DNA of 64,000 bases from Desulfatiglandales bacterium (GTDB lineage: Bacteria > Desulfobacterota > DSM-4660 > Desulfatiglandales > Desulfatiglandaceae): contig OY762721.1 in NCBI GenBank assembly GCA_963666345.1, positions 2,112,001 through 2,176,000 of the forward strand, in the 5' to 3' direction. Shown piece by piece: positions 32,804 to 43,249 of the stretch; the stretch's first letter is position 1; each line of letters opens with the position of its first letter. The position numbers and the translations under genes are program-made. The notes below the pieces were generated by a model. The model had not been told where the DNA came from. It saw only the letters and a program-made list of their open reading frames with translations, and did not search any database.

Positions 32804-34150
32804 TCAGGCTGAAAACTCCTTCAGAAACTTGGGAAGCAGAGAGGCGTCCCTTGGCCCGATAATGATCTCCCAGTCGGGCAGTTCTTCCTCCATCTCACCA
32901 CTTATGGAGGCGGCGTACCCAGGGATGATTACCTTCCTGTGAGATATCTTATCAGCTATCCCGCTCTTTTTGACGAACATGCCTACGGCATCCCCGGAGA
33001 ATTTCCCCGCCGCCCAGGCGGTCATAACTGAAAGGCCCTCTGTGTCCATTATAAGAAGCCAGCTTGGAACCCTGCTTCCTTCCACTTCACCGCTTACTAT
33101 AAAATATGTAAGAGAGAAATTGGTAGTTACAATAACGGGAGATTTCTCATCGGGCGTTCCAATTTCATATATCCCCTCAGTAACGGTCATAGGCCTTTGA
33201 GGGTCAGTGAAAATGTTGAGCCTCTCCAGCAGGACCGGAAAGAGATTCTCTCCCTTGAAATCCGACATTATTATAATGCCTGCATACTTGGCCACCAACA
33301 TTGAGGCGATGACGGTCTCCATGTCCAGGTTGTCCGCCATTTCACAGGGAAAGGTGATCGTCGGAAACCCGAGAGAACGGTTTCCGTCCTTAAGGGGGGC
33401 CCTTCTTAGGGCCACCTGATCCTCAAATAACTTCTTCGGCTCTCTTGATCCGGTATCGAGAACAAGATCTTTCAACCCCATGCCGGTCAGCTTGTCGCTG
33501 AGTTCTATTATTTCAGCCACACTCTCGGCTTTGACAGCCAGCGGCAGGTCGGTTTCCTTTGCAAGCGCCCCCATGTCATCGGCGTTTTCCTTGGTAGCCG
33601 CGTAAAGTAAAGGCCTTTTAAAGGCACACCCCTTTAACGCCTCCTTGAGCACCTCCACCTTATCGCTCATTAGCACAAGGCCGAATTCACTCTCTTCTGC
33701 GATCTTCTTTGCGGCAGCGGCAAAGGCCTCCCCGTCTCCTGTCACATCCTTTAAGGCCACCAGTTCAGGTCTCAGATTGACTCCCACCCTTTCGTACTGA
33801 AAGGCATTCCACTCCTTGAGCTTTCTGTCAAGGGCATCAGGGTCGATGTCGGAGCCCACCATGGCACCGATGCCTGTGGGATTGTAAAATGTCTTCTCGT
33901 GCCTGTACATGACGGTTTCCCCGCCAACCTTGAATGCCCTCGGTCCGGCACCGATTGCAACCGGCCTTATGGGAGGAGCCGAGGCCTCTGCAAGTTTTTC
34001 TCTTGCATCGTCTGATACGTAAGGGCATGCGTCCAGCTCCGCCTTTCCGGAAGCAAGGTTCATCGCAAAGGCCAGGCAGGTAGGGACACCACATTCGCCG
34101 CAGTTTGTCTTGGGCAACATCTTAAATATTTGAATTCCAGTAAGTCCCAT
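32804..34150 (-). CDS. acsC: corrinoid Fe-S protein large subunit
   Basis: LPKTNCGECGVPTCLAFA, IFTDPQRP, TTNFSLTYF, TAWAAGKF. Confidence 0.95.
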   Translation of the reverse strand: MGLTGIQIFKMLPKTNCGECGVPTCLAFAMNLASGKAELDACPYVSDDAREKLAEASAPPIRPVAIGAGPRAFKVGGETVMYRHEKTFYNPTGIGAMVGSDIDPDALDRKLKEWNAFQYERVGVNLRPELVALKDVTGDGEAFAAAAKKIAEESEFGLVLMSDKVEVLKEALKGCAFKRPLLYAATKENADDMGALAKETDLPLAVKAESVAEIIELSDKLTGMGLKDLVLDTGSREPKKLFEDQVALRRAPLKDGNRSLGFPTITFPCEMADNLDMETVIASMLVAKYAGIIIMSDFKGENLFPVLLERLNIFTDPQRPMTVTEGIYEIGTPDEKSPVIVTTNFSLTYFIVSGEVEGSRVPSWLLIMDTEGLSVMTAWAAGKFSGDAVGMFVKKSGIADKISHRKVIIPGYAASISGEMEEELPDWEIIIGPRDASLLPKFLKEFSA

Positions 34151-34183
34151 TTTTCACTCCTGAATACGTTGTATTATTGTTCA

Positions 34184-36400
34184 CTACCCCACGATCGGAT
34201 CCATTTTCAAGGCGGGGTGATCCTTCTCCTGCAGGAAAGCCAGAACGCTCTCCTCATCCGTACCTACCGTCTCATCTGCTATCCTGTCTATCAGGTCAGG
34301 CATACCCAGTTCCTCACCACGCTTGATGAGTCTTTCCTTTATCTCTTCCTTTAAAGATGTGGGCATCCATACCATCCTGAGCAGGCCGCCGTCGCCGGTA
34401 AGGAACTTTCGCTGCGTAACATTAAACTTGGAATGACCGACAAAACCGGGTGACTGCTGGCCGCCGCCCATGACTCCCGCAAGGGTGGTAAACTTCATAC
34501 CGCAGGGTGTCTCACCGGTATAATCCCTGTTAACCGTCATGACGCCGTTACACATCGGCAGCATGGATGCAATACACTCGCAGCAGCCGCATGTGGTCAT
34601 CGGATCCTGAACCATGCTGTAGAAATTGACATTTGAAACGCTCTGTCTCGACGCCTTGAACACGAATTCATTTACCCCTTCAAAAGAACCCAGCTCCTGA
34701 TCGAGGACAGTGCCCTTTTCCACCGGCTGATTAGGTCCGGTGGGGTTTATCTGATTAGAGGCCTTGCAGTCCATCCAGTTATATGCGCCGCACAGTCCCG
34801 TCCTTTCCGGGCTTACTACGCAGACATGGTTGGGGGCAAAGGACTGGCAGAGAGTGCAGGAATAAAAGATATCCACACTCTCATCGGTCATCTTCTCGAC
34901 CCTTTCATCTCTTGTCTTATACTCGCCCTTGGCCCTTTTTGTCAGAGCCGCCACGTCTTCTTTCTTGGTGTAAAGGGTGACCTGGACCTTATCAAGGATA
35001 CTGCCGAAGTCCTGGTGCAGCTTCGCATGAAGGATCGTACCGAGATCCTTAAGAGTAAAACCCTTTTCAATGGCATTGTCGCTGACCCTTATCCAGGAGA
35101 TGTCCCTCTGTCCTATATGCATTATATACTGGGCGTAATTGATCAGGTGGTGAATCTGTCTTTCAAGGATAGGTTCGAAGTCCACCTGCATCTCCCTTCC
35201 CGCCACCTGCACATATATGCCGAGGGGAAGGGTGTCGCCTTTCTTTATGTCCGTAACATCAGGACCTACGACCTCGACCTTGCCGTCTTCTATCTCGTTC
35301 ATCTCGGCCATCTTGCAAAGTTCGGTGCATTGGGTCTTGCTTCCACCCATCTCCGTGTAGAGATCGTCCTTTCTGACACGCTCACCTTCGAATGCGGGCC
35401 CATAGGCAAGAGGTATGTCTATCTCAGATATGGTGACCTTGAGCCCCCTGATCTCTATGGATTTCTGGGTCATCTCCTCATGCCCGACATTGGCCACCAC
35501 ATGCTCATAGGTGCATATACCGGTGGGAAGGATCTCAGGGATATCTGTATCCGCGATGGTGGGGAATCCCCAGTTAACCGCCCCGGCGGCATTTGCAGCC
35601 CACTCGGCGTTAACGTCTCCAAGGGCGTTTACAAAGGCGAAGATACGATTTTTCTGGTATTGAAGCATCTTCTTATAGTCTCCCGGCTCTATTCCGCCGA
35701 AGGACATGCCGGCACGGTTTGCAAAACCGAGAGCAAACACTGCAGCGGAGATATCAGGGCCGAACGGAACCAGACGAGTGTTCCAGCCGATCTGGACCCC
35801 TTCCTCCATCAACTGCTCGGCAAAAGTGGTGCCGGTCTGATTGGCCGCCATAAAAACGTAAATACTTTTTTTCTGATATTCCTCGGCAATGAGCTTTGCA
35901 GTGGCTGCATCGGGAGCAGCCCCTACAACAGCTGCAAACCCGGGAGCGGTGCCGTCCACGAACTCAACACCCCTTTTTCTCATAATGGCATCGTCGGCAG
36001 CTCCGAGCCAGATTCTGCCGTTTTCAACATCCGGATCTTCAACCTCGGGTTGGTAGAAATCGGGATCTTCCACATACCTGATCGCCTCCACGATCTCTTC
36101 GGCGAAAATCGCCGCCATGCCCGCGTCCAGTAAAGGCCCCAGATAAGGCAGGTTGCAGTCGTTCTTGATATGAGGCGGCAGGAGTGCCCTGGCAAACTCA
36201 AGAGGTTTTTTGGCTGAATCCAGATCCGTCACTTTTATCCCGGTCAAAGAGTAAATGATCGGCAGATAATATGCGGTATTGGGAAACTCCAGTTTCTGAG
36301 CTCCTCCGAATTTCTCCAGGGCCATTCTATATTTGCCCTCTGCCTTGGCAACGATATTATAACCACCCTGGATTGCTGCAAATGCTACCAGCTTTGACAT
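34184..36400 (-). CDS. acsB: acetyl-CoA synthase
   Basis: FPNTAYYLP, SCTLCQSFAP.HVC..PER.GLCGA, PMTTCGCCEC A-cluster ligands. Confidence 0.96.
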   Translation of the reverse strand: MSKLVAFAAIQGGYNIVAKAEGKYRMALEKFGGAQKLEFPNTAYYLPIIYSLTGIKVTDLDSAKKPLEFARALLPPHIKNDCNLPYLGPLLDAGMAAIFAEEIVEAIRYVEDPDFYQPEVEDPDVENGRIWLGAADDAIMRKRGVEFVDGTAPGFAAVVGAAPDAATAKLIAEEYQKKSIYVFMAANQTGTTFAEQLMEEGVQIGWNTRLVPFGPDISAAVFALGFANRAGMSFGGIEPGDYKKMLQYQKNRIFAFVNALGDVNAEWAANAAGAVNWGFPTIADTDIPEILPTGICTYEHVVANVGHEEMTQKSIEIRGLKVTISEIDIPLAYGPAFEGERVRKDDLYTEMGGSKTQCTELCKMAEMNEIEDGKVEVVGPDVTDIKKGDTLPLGIYVQVAGREMQVDFEPILERQIHHLINYAQYIMHIGQRDISWIRVSDNAIEKGFTLKDLGTILHAKLHQDFGSILDKVQVTLYTKKEDVAALTKRAKGEYKTRDERVEKMTDESVDIFYSCTLCQSFAPNHVCVVSPERTGLCGAYNWMDCKASNQINPTGPNQPVEKGTVLDQELGSFEGVNEFVFKASRQSVSNVNFYSMVQDPMTTCGCCECIASMLPMCNGVMTVNRDYTGETPCGMKFTTLAGVMGGGQQSPGFVGHSKFNVTQRKFLTGDGGLLRMVWMPTSLKEEIKERLIKRGEELGMPDLIDRIADETVGTDEESVLAFLQEKDHPALKMDPIVG

Positions 36401-36460
36401 AGTCCATTTCCTCCCTTCTTAAGAGGTATTATTCGTTTGTCCACATTATTTCTTCACCAA

Positions 36461-38506
36461 CTAGGCTGCTTCAAGATCCCGCCTGTCGGACATATCCATA
36501 AGGACCCTTTCACGCGCCTTATCTATACCGAGTGCCTTACGTTTTTTGTCGATATGGGCTATCATCTTCTGGGCGTGTTTGATAGGATCCACTTCCAGAT
36601 CCCACATGCCGCCGTAGATATCCTCCAGTTCCTTGTATAGATAGTTTTCAAATACCGGTGAGCCGCTTACAGGCATGGTTACTCCAAAGACCGTGTAAAC
36701 ACCCGCTGTTACGAAATAATGTCCGATACTTATCGCCTTTTCGCTCATCCATTCAGGCGCGGAGCCTGCTACCGGCAGCTCGCTTATGTCATTTCCAAGG
36801 CCGCCCGCCTTGACCACTTCGGTTGCGGCCATAAGGATCCGGCTGTTGTCGACGCACGAGCCCATATGAAGAACAGGAGGAATTCCAACCGTTTCACAGA
36901 CCTCAGCCAGCCCCGGCCCGCAGTAGACCTTTGCCGACTCCGGAGTCAGCAGCCCGGCCTTTGCGCACGCAATGGCATTACAGCCGGTTGTAAGGACTAT
37001 TACATCGTTTCTGATAAGTTCCTTTACAACGGCCACATGACCCGCATCGAGCGAGGTGCGTGCATTGTTGCAACCCACGACCCCGGCTATGCCCCTAATC
37101 CTGCCGTTGATAATGTTTTCATTGAGTGGGGTATATGAGCCCCGGAATGTCCCGCCCAAATGATAGTTTATGGCCTCATAACTGAACCCGGCAACAAGAT
37201 CCGACTGGTTGTCCGGAATCATTACTTCCTTTTCTCTATTGGGGAAATTGTCTATAGCGGTTTTGACTATCTTTTTCGCGTCTTCAAATGCGCTGTGCTC
37301 GTCAAATTCTATATGTATGGTGTCTCCGGAGGCTATCTTGGCCCTGGGATTGGTGGTAATCACCTTTGTGTGAAAACACTGGGCGACACTTGCTATATTC
37401 TCCATGATGCACTGAACATCGACTACCATTGCGTCCACGGCGCCGGTTATAATTGCAAGCTCCTGTTGCAGAAAATCGCCGCACAGGGGAATTCCATGGC
37501 GCATAAGAAGCTCGTTTGCAGTACAGCAGATCCCGCTCAGTTGAATTCCCTTGGCCCCGTTCGACTTTGAGAGTTCAATCATTTCAGGCAGCTCGGCAGC
37601 CTGAACGATCATTTCGCTCAAAAGCGGCTCATGCCCGTGAATGACTATGTTGACATGGTCCTCTTTGAGCACGGCCAGGTTGGCCTTGCTTTTGACCGGA
37701 TACGGGCACCCGAAAAGCACATCCTGCAGGTCGGTGGCTATCATGGAACCACCCCAGCCATCACCTATGGCCGCCCTTGAGCACTGTGCCAATATATTCT
37801 CATAATCCTGGTCCACACCTATGTGGGTGCGGTGCATGATCTCCACTATCTCGCGGTCGATTCCTCTGGGAACCACGCCCAGTTTCTGCCATAACTCGTA
37901 ACGAGGCTTGGGTGCCCTCTTTGCGGTGCAGACAGCCCCCTGCTGCTGACCCCATTGTCCGAGAGCCCTCTCCCCCACTTCCACGGCGATTTCATCAATA
38001 TCCCGGTCAAGCATCTGCCCGTCTTCACCTTCAACCTTGATTTCGACACCGAAATCAGGGGCGATCTCAAGAAGCTTCTTGGTATCCTTGATACGGTAGT
38101 CTTGAGTTTCCTTTCTGGCGGCTGCAAGAAAGGTCTCTGCCACACCCCTTCCATGGTCGGAATGTGCGGCCGCTCCCCCGGCTACCATGCGGGCAAAGTT
38201 CCTGGCGCAAATCGTCTCCGGTGTCGCACCGCACAGGCCCTTTCTCGTGTCTTCACCTTCTATGCCCCCTTTGGGCAAAGGAAGCCGGCATGGACCCTGT
38301 GAACAATTTTTGCAGCATGTTCCCTGTGCCCCGATGTTACAAGCTTTCATGCTCTGGGCACGGTCGAAGATTGTCTCGATTTCCATCTCCCTTGATCTTT
38401 CAATCATTTTCATGCATGCCGGATCAATGGTAAGATCCTCGGGCCTAGGTACCGCCTTCTGCTTTTTCTTAGTTGCCACATCCTTTTTTACTTCTTCTGT
38501 TGCCAT
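36461..38506 (-). CDS. cooS: Ni-CO dehydrogenase catalytic subunit (CooS/AcsA)
   Basis: CCKNCSQGPC, AAHSDH, HGHEP, GICCTANE, VDVQC, GCNN, HMGSCVDNSR, EWMSEKA. Confidence 0.96.
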   Translation of the reverse strand: MATEEVKKDVATKKKQKAVPRPEDLTIDPACMKMIERSREMEIETIFDRAQSMKACNIGAQGTCCKNCSQGPCRLPLPKGGIEGEDTRKGLCGATPETICARNFARMVAGGAAAHSDHGRGVAETFLAAARKETQDYRIKDTKKLLEIAPDFGVEIKVEGEDGQMLDRDIDEIAVEVGERALGQWGQQQGAVCTAKRAPKPRYELWQKLGVVPRGIDREIVEIMHRTHIGVDQDYENILAQCSRAAIGDGWGGSMIATDLQDVLFGCPYPVKSKANLAVLKEDHVNIVIHGHEPLLSEMIVQAAELPEMIELSKSNGAKGIQLSGICCTANELLMRHGIPLCGDFLQQELAIITGAVDAMVVDVQCIMENIASVAQCFHTKVITTNPRAKIASGDTIHIEFDEHSAFEDAKKIVKTAIDNFPNREKEVMIPDNQSDLVAGFSYEAINYHLGGTFRGSYTPLNENIINGRIRGIAGVVGCNNARTSLDAGHVAVVKELIRNDVIVLTTGCNAIACAKAGLLTPESAKVYCGPGLAEVCETVGIPPVLHMGSCVDNSRILMAATEVVKAGGLGNDISELPVAGSAPEWMSEKAISIGHYFVTAGVYTVFGVTMPVSGSPVFENYLYKELEDIYGGMWDLEVDPIKHAQKMIAHIDKKRKALGIDKARERVLMDMSDRRDLEAA

Positions 38507-38574
38507 CGGTGAGGTTCCTCCTCTCCTGTTTCGTTATTGACAGTTCTTGATTTTGCTCTCCCTACCCACTTATC

Positions 38575-40161
38575 TCAGGCTCTCTTGTGTATACGATTGA
38601 GATCTTGAGTCAATCTCTCCACAAGACCTAGTTGTACCCCTGCAGGGGTCTTTTTTATATCAGATTTCCCGGCAGCTTCTCTTTCGGCCTCAAGTTTCTC
38701 TCGTTCAATGCTTCTCTTAAGTCTGAGTGCCTGTAAATCCTCAAGTTCTTTTGCCTTTGCTTCTGCCTTGGCCTCTTCCGCCGCCTTTTTCGCGGCTTCT
38801 TCCTCGGCCTTCGCCCTGGCCTCCTGCTCGGCCTTTTTCGCGGCTTCCGCCTCAGCCTTTGCCCTGGCCTCTTCTGCCGCCTTTTTCGCGGCTTCTTCCT
38901 CGGCCTTCGCCCTGGCCTCCTGCTCGGCCTTTTTATCGGCTTCCACCTCAGCCTTGGGCTTTACCTCTTCTGCCTTTAACTCAGGTTCCGGTTTTAACTC
39001 TTTTTCAGGTTCTTTCTTAGGCTCTGCTTTCTTCTTAGGCTCGGCCTTTACTTCCTTTTTCTCTGCCTTTGGAGCCGCCTTTTTTTCAGCCTTTGCCTCC
39101 TTTTTGGCCTCTTCAAACTCAAGCACAGGCTCAGGCGAGACAGCCAGAAGGTCTATTTCCACTTGCTCCATGTTCTTTGAAATGCCGGCAACGCCGGTGG
39201 CCATTCCCCCGTTTATCATCAGTTCGATGAACGAACGCGTCAGCCTGACCGTTTCAGGATGTCTCAAAATGACTACGTCTGATCCACCAAGAAGATATGC
39301 CGTCGCTGCCGTCGCCTCCATAAGTATTGGGCGTCTTTCGGCATCCCCGAGCGTGGGGGCGTCCTGTTCGGACTGACCGGCTTCTTTGCACTTCCAAACC
39401 TCGTTTCCTACATTATTTATCATAGGTATCTGGAGTTTATCGTCTTCCTGAGTCAAAGCGGCCATTCTGATACGTTCCATTACCGAGTAGCTGTATTCCA
39501 TTCCGTATCCGAGGCCACCCGTGGTAGGATCTATGAGGATTTTCTCCTGCTTTACACCTAGATTTCCGAGAAGTATATTCAACTGTTTGGCTAGATTCAC
39601 GTCTATGGGGGAGCTTGCCACAATAACATGCCCGTAACCAAGTGCACTAGCCCCTATCCCCTTGTGATTGGCTTCCTCTACCGGTCCTAAACCGACATTC
39701 ATTCCCTCACACAATTCAGAAATCTTCTTTAGGACATCTTCATCTTTCTGATTATTTGCGGTTCCCCATACCACCAGGGGTACGTCAACGGCGTCTGCAA
39801 CCTCTTTTGCCGTTTTCGCCGCCTCCTCCGCACTTTTATCCATACCGTTCGGATCCGTACCCTTCAACTGCAGAACTATAAGATCCGCGCCATATTCCTC
39901 CACACACTTTTTCGCCCATTCTGAGGGGGAGGAAATAACATCCTTAAACGGCTCTATGGCAGCTTGAGGCCATTCCTGTGAAGGATCATAGTCCCAAATC
40001 TCCATGGCTATTTTAGGCGGATTTGGTGAAGACCCCTCAAAAAGATGAAACGCATAGGAGTCTGATCCTCCGACCGTAACCGCGGCACTTCCGCTTCCGA
40101 CCGTAGTAGTCCCTATTTTTCCTGAATAGGGTTGTTTCGGGATTTCAAAGGCCAATTTCAT
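38575..40161 (-). CDS. acsD: corrinoid Fe-S protein small subunit with long Ala/Glu/Lys-rich C-terminal extension
   Basis: FHLFEG, SPIDVNLAKQLN, DPTTGGLGYGMEYSYSVMERIR, LRHP. Confidence 0.92.
   Translation of the reverse strand: MKLAFEIPKQPYSGKIGTTTVGSGSAAVTVGGSDSYAFHLFEGSSPNPPKIAMEIWDYDPSQEWPQAAIEPFKDVISSPSEWAKKCVEEYGADLIVLQLKGTDPNGMDKSAEEAAKTAKEVADAVDVPLVVWGTANNQKDEDVLKKISELCEGMNVGLGPVEEANHKGIGASALGYGHVIVASSPIDVNLAKQLNILLGNLGVKQEKILIDPTTGGLGYGMEYSYSVMERIRMAALTQEDDKLQIPMINNVGNEVWKCKEAGQSEQDAPTLGDAERRPILMEATAATAYLLGGSDVVILRHPETVRLTRSFIELMINGGMATGVAGISKNMEQVEIDLLAVSPEPVLEFEEAKKEAKAEKKAAPKAEKKEVKAEPKKKAEPKKEPEKELKPEPELKAEEVKPKAEVEADKKAEQEARAKAEEEAAKKAAEEARAKAEAEAAKKAEQEARAKAEEEAAKKAAEEAKAEAKAKELEDLQALRLKRSIEREKLEAEREAAGKSDIKKTPAGVQLGLVERLTQDLNRIHKRA
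38765..38945. repeat. coding tandem repeat (48-nt units, 96-nt higher-order period)
   Basis: 38780-38838 is identical to 38876-38934; encodes KKAEQEARAKAEEEAA / KKAAEEARAKAEAEAA. Confidence 0.9.
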
Positions 40162-40847
40162 TACCTCCTTTTTATGAATTTAACCGTGAGATTGAAAAAG
40201 ATTTTCCTGTCGGTTCTCAAAATTTTAGAATACATAAACCGGCGTACTTCAAAAAAACAGGTTTTAATAAAAACCCCGCCCTCTTCTCTTTCAAACACGC
40301 AAAGACTCCGAGTTCAACCGGAAAAGACTTTAGAGGTTATCCTTGAACTTCACTTTTAAAGATATTCGATATCAGCAGCCGGCTACCGGCAAAAGAGATA
40401 AAGACTTCTTGCTCTGAAACCTTAAGAAGACGACCACCGCATCCAAAACTCTTCCTTTTTCGGATGGACGCTGCTTAAAATATGATTCAAAAGATCATAT
40501 CAAGGTAAAGGATTCCTTAAAAACAGGGATCTAAAAAGCTTATATAAAGACAGACGCACGACTGTTTATCAACTTAAAAATAAATAAAATATAGGAAACG
40601 GTATTATTTGATTTGCTAAAAAGAGGAAAGATCGGTTTAAGAGATTTTATTGCGAAGACCATAAGATTTAAACCTTTTAGCACTTATACCTCCTATCGTG
40701 GGTAGCCCCTCGATCGGGGTAACTGGTTTTAATATGTTCACTGCATCCATCTCCCTCGCTCTCGACAAAATTCTGAAAGGAGTTTCAGGAGCTCTCTAAG
40801 GTAGACTTAAAAATGATAAACTAAATGGCCGCCTTTTTCCGTCAGGT

Positions 40848-40877
40848 AACATAAAAAAAAGGGCAAATTATTGTCAA
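40848..40877 (-). promoter_or_regulatory. putative sigma70 promoter of the acs operon
   Basis: Minus strand TTGACA-18 bp-TATGTT. Confidence 0.45.
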
Positions 40878-40917
40878 GTAAATTCTAAAGTAATTTCAGG
40901 CAGTTTAAATTAGTTTA

Positions 40918-40964
40918 TTCCTATATATTGTATTAAATACTATTTTATGTACAAGATATAGATA
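40918..40964. promoter_or_regulatory. tandem NrdR-box-like sites
   Basis: Cores CTATATATTG (40921-40930) and CAAGATATAG (40952-40961), 31 bp apart. Confidence 0.5.
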
Positions 40965-41714
40965 TTAACGTCCAAGTATACCACGAAAAATAGAGTTCGC
41001 GGCAACAACCGCTGTGCTTTTTTCTCCCAACTGAGAGGTAGGTTTTCCCTCGAGATCATAATCGAAAACTACCGGGTCCTCAGGAATAATTCCCATCAAC
41101 TCTAAATTATATTTTTTTACCGCCTCTTCTATACGTGCCCTCTCCCCATCTTTTACCCTGTTTACGATCAAGGACTTACGTATGATATTAAGCTTCAGCT
41201 CCTCGGTCAACTCAACAATACGAGCCGCCGCCTGGATTCCCCTGATTGATGAGTCGGACACCACAATCAGATCATCGATATTGTCAGTCGTTAATCTACT
41301 GATATGTTCCATTCCCGCCTCATTATCCGTTACTACCATCTCATAATTCTTGATTAATTTCTCCAGATACATAGTAAGTAATGAATTTGCGGCACAATAG
41401 CAACCGGCGCCCTCCGGCCTTCCCATGACGATCAGGTCAAAACCGCTCGATTCGATCACCGCCTCCTGTAATTTCATTTCCATAAACACGTCTTTAGTCA
41501 TTCCGCTGGAAACACCCTTCTTCATCTCCTCCCTGGCATCGCCCAAGGTTTCACTGATCTCCAGGCCCAGCACCTCGTTAAGATTTGAATTTGCATCCGC
41601 ATCAACTGCCAAAACGGGTGTTCTACCTTCAGAAACCAGATACCTTATCAAAAAACCGGCCACAGTTGTTTTACCCGTTCCCCCCTTGCCGGCCAAGGCT
41701 ATAGAATAGCTCAT
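40965..41714 (-). CDS. cooC: CooC/AcsF nickel-insertion ATPase
   Basis: GKGGTGKTT, DADANSNL, GRPEGAGCYC, DNEAGMEHISR. Confidence 0.92.
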   Translation of the reverse strand: MSYSIALAGKGGTGKTTVAGFLIRYLVSEGRTPVLAVDADANSNLNEVLGLEISETLGDAREEMKKGVSSGMTKDVFMEMKLQEAVIESSGFDLIVMGRPEGAGCYCAANSLLTMYLEKLIKNYEMVVTDNEAGMEHISRLTTDNIDDLIVVSDSSIRGIQAAARIVELTEELKLNIIRKSLIVNRVKDGERARIEEAVKKYNLELMGIIPEDPVVFDYDLEGKPTSQLGEKSTAVVAANSIFRGILGR

Positions 41715-41817
41715 TTTCTCCTCCTGAACATATAGATTTTGGTTGCTATTTTTAAAGAATTTTTCTAGAATTTAAAGAACTTAAAACATTTCAGGGCTTA
41801 ACATATACACAACAATT

Positions 41818-43119
41818 ATGCCAACAAAGAATGATACATGGAAGATCATAACTAAACAGTTAAAGCGAGAGATTCCTCAATCGGAATTCAACACCTGGTT
41901 TTCCAACACAAGCATAAAAGAACTGGACACAAGCCTGGTTGTAATAGAAGTCCCGAATAAATTTGTCGCCAGATGGCTTAACGACCATTACCTTATTAAA
42001 ATAAGGACATGCTTTAAGGACTACCTAAAATATCCGCCTGAAATAAATTTTTGTTATGAGGGTCAAGAAAAATCTCCCGCACCCGGATCGGGCGGTAAAG
42101 ACGACAGGACCTTTTCCCATCTTGTTAATCCCAACATGCGTTTTGACAATTTTATTGTCTCAAACAGCAACAGATTTGCCTACTTTTCAGCCATGGAAGT
42201 AGTAAAAAATCCGGCAACTCTCTATAATCCATTATATGTTTTCAGTAAATTGAGTTTAGGTAAAACCCATTTACTAAATGCGGTTGTGAACCATTTGGCT
42301 GAAATAGATCCTTTTAAAAAGGTGAAATACGTTTCTTTCGAAAGATATTATACGGACCTTTCAATAGCAAAAAAAAATAACGCCCTGGACGAATTCAGGC
42401 GGGGATACTTTGACCTTGATTTTTTTCTTATCGACGATATAGACCACATAAGCGGTAGGGATAAATCCCAAGAAGAGCTGATAAACCTTTTCAATTATTT
42501 TTACAAGCTTAATAAACAGATTATCATAAGCGGGAAGACCTCTCCCGGACAAATAGTAAATCTCATGCCCCATTTCAGATCAAGACTGGAATGGGGTCTT
42601 CTTACTGAGATAGAAATACCGGATCTTGAAATGAAAACAGAATTTTTGAGGCAGAAAATGAAGGATGAGGACTTATACCTGCCGGAAGACGTTATTTTTT
42701 TTCTGTCAAACAGCACAAACGAGCTGAAGGGTATTAGTAATTACATCGTAACTCTAAAGACCTACGCCTCGCTCTACCAACATGAGATAGATATATCAAC
42801 CGTTAAATCAATTATAAAAAACAAACCCCCAAACAGGATCACCATCAAAGATATCCAAAAGGCCACTGCCGAATATTTTAATATCTCGCTGAGTGATCTT
42901 CTATCAGATAAAAAAAATAGGAAATTTTCGTATCCGAGACAGATTGCCGTCTACCTGTCGAGAAAACTAACTAAACTTTCTTATAAAGGTATAGGCCGAT
43001 CCTTTGGCAATAAGGATCATTCAACCATAATTTATGCTGTAAACCGGATAGATTCATCAAAAAACAACAACCAAAGTATTTTAAATGACATAAATAGGAT
43101 ACAAAACTTTTTCTCGTAG
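41818..43119 (+). CDS. dnaA: DnaA paralog 1 (dnaN-linked; degenerate AAA+ motifs)
   Basis: FNTWF, VPNKF, FDNFIV..SNRFA, YNPLY, LGKTHLL, LIDDI, RSRLEWGL, PRQIAVYL, DHSTIIYA. Confidence 0.9.
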   Translation: MPTKNDTWKIITKQLKREIPQSEFNTWFSNTSIKELDTSLVVIEVPNKFVARWLNDHYLIKIRTCFKDYLKYPPEINFCYEGQEKSPAPGSGGKDDRTFSHLVNPNMRFDNFIVSNSNRFAYFSAMEVVKNPATLYNPLYVFSKLSLGKTHLLNAVVNHLAEIDPFKKVKYVSFERYYTDLSIAKKNNALDEFRRGYFDLDFFLIDDIDHISGRDKSQEELINLFNYFYKLNKQIIISGKTSPGQIVNLMPHFRSRLEWGLLTEIEIPDLEMKTEFLRQKMKDEDLYLPEDVIFFLSNSTNELKGISNYIVTLKTYASLYQHEIDISTVKSIIKNKPPNRITIKDIQKATAEYFNISLSDLLSDKKNRKFSYPRQIAVYLSRKLTKLSYKGIGRSFGNKDHSTIIYAVNRIDSSKNNNQSILNDINRIQNFFS

Positions 43120-43249
43120 TTAACTCCCATCACTGAGCATGCCGAAGGGTGGGACTGAAAAGAACAAAGGAACTCAAGTAAAGACAATGGATCCCGCAGA
43201 TATTGGATGAAAGGAGAATTTCGGTCTTGAACCGGGCTGACCAAAATTT

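Noticed and set aside
34826..36133. 435-aa plus-strand ORF
   Set aside because: Antisense shadow of acsB, with no recognisable motifs
38765..38945. Possible CRISPR array
   Set aside because: In-frame coding repeats with no unique spacers; no cas genes
38708..39376. 222-aa Ala/Ser/Phe-rich plus-strand ORF
   Set aside because: Mirror of the acsD low-complexity repeat
40162..40850. Cobalamin, THF or ZTP riboswitch before the acs operon
   Set aside because: Conserved core motifs not found by eye; a covariance-model scan is needed to exclude them fully
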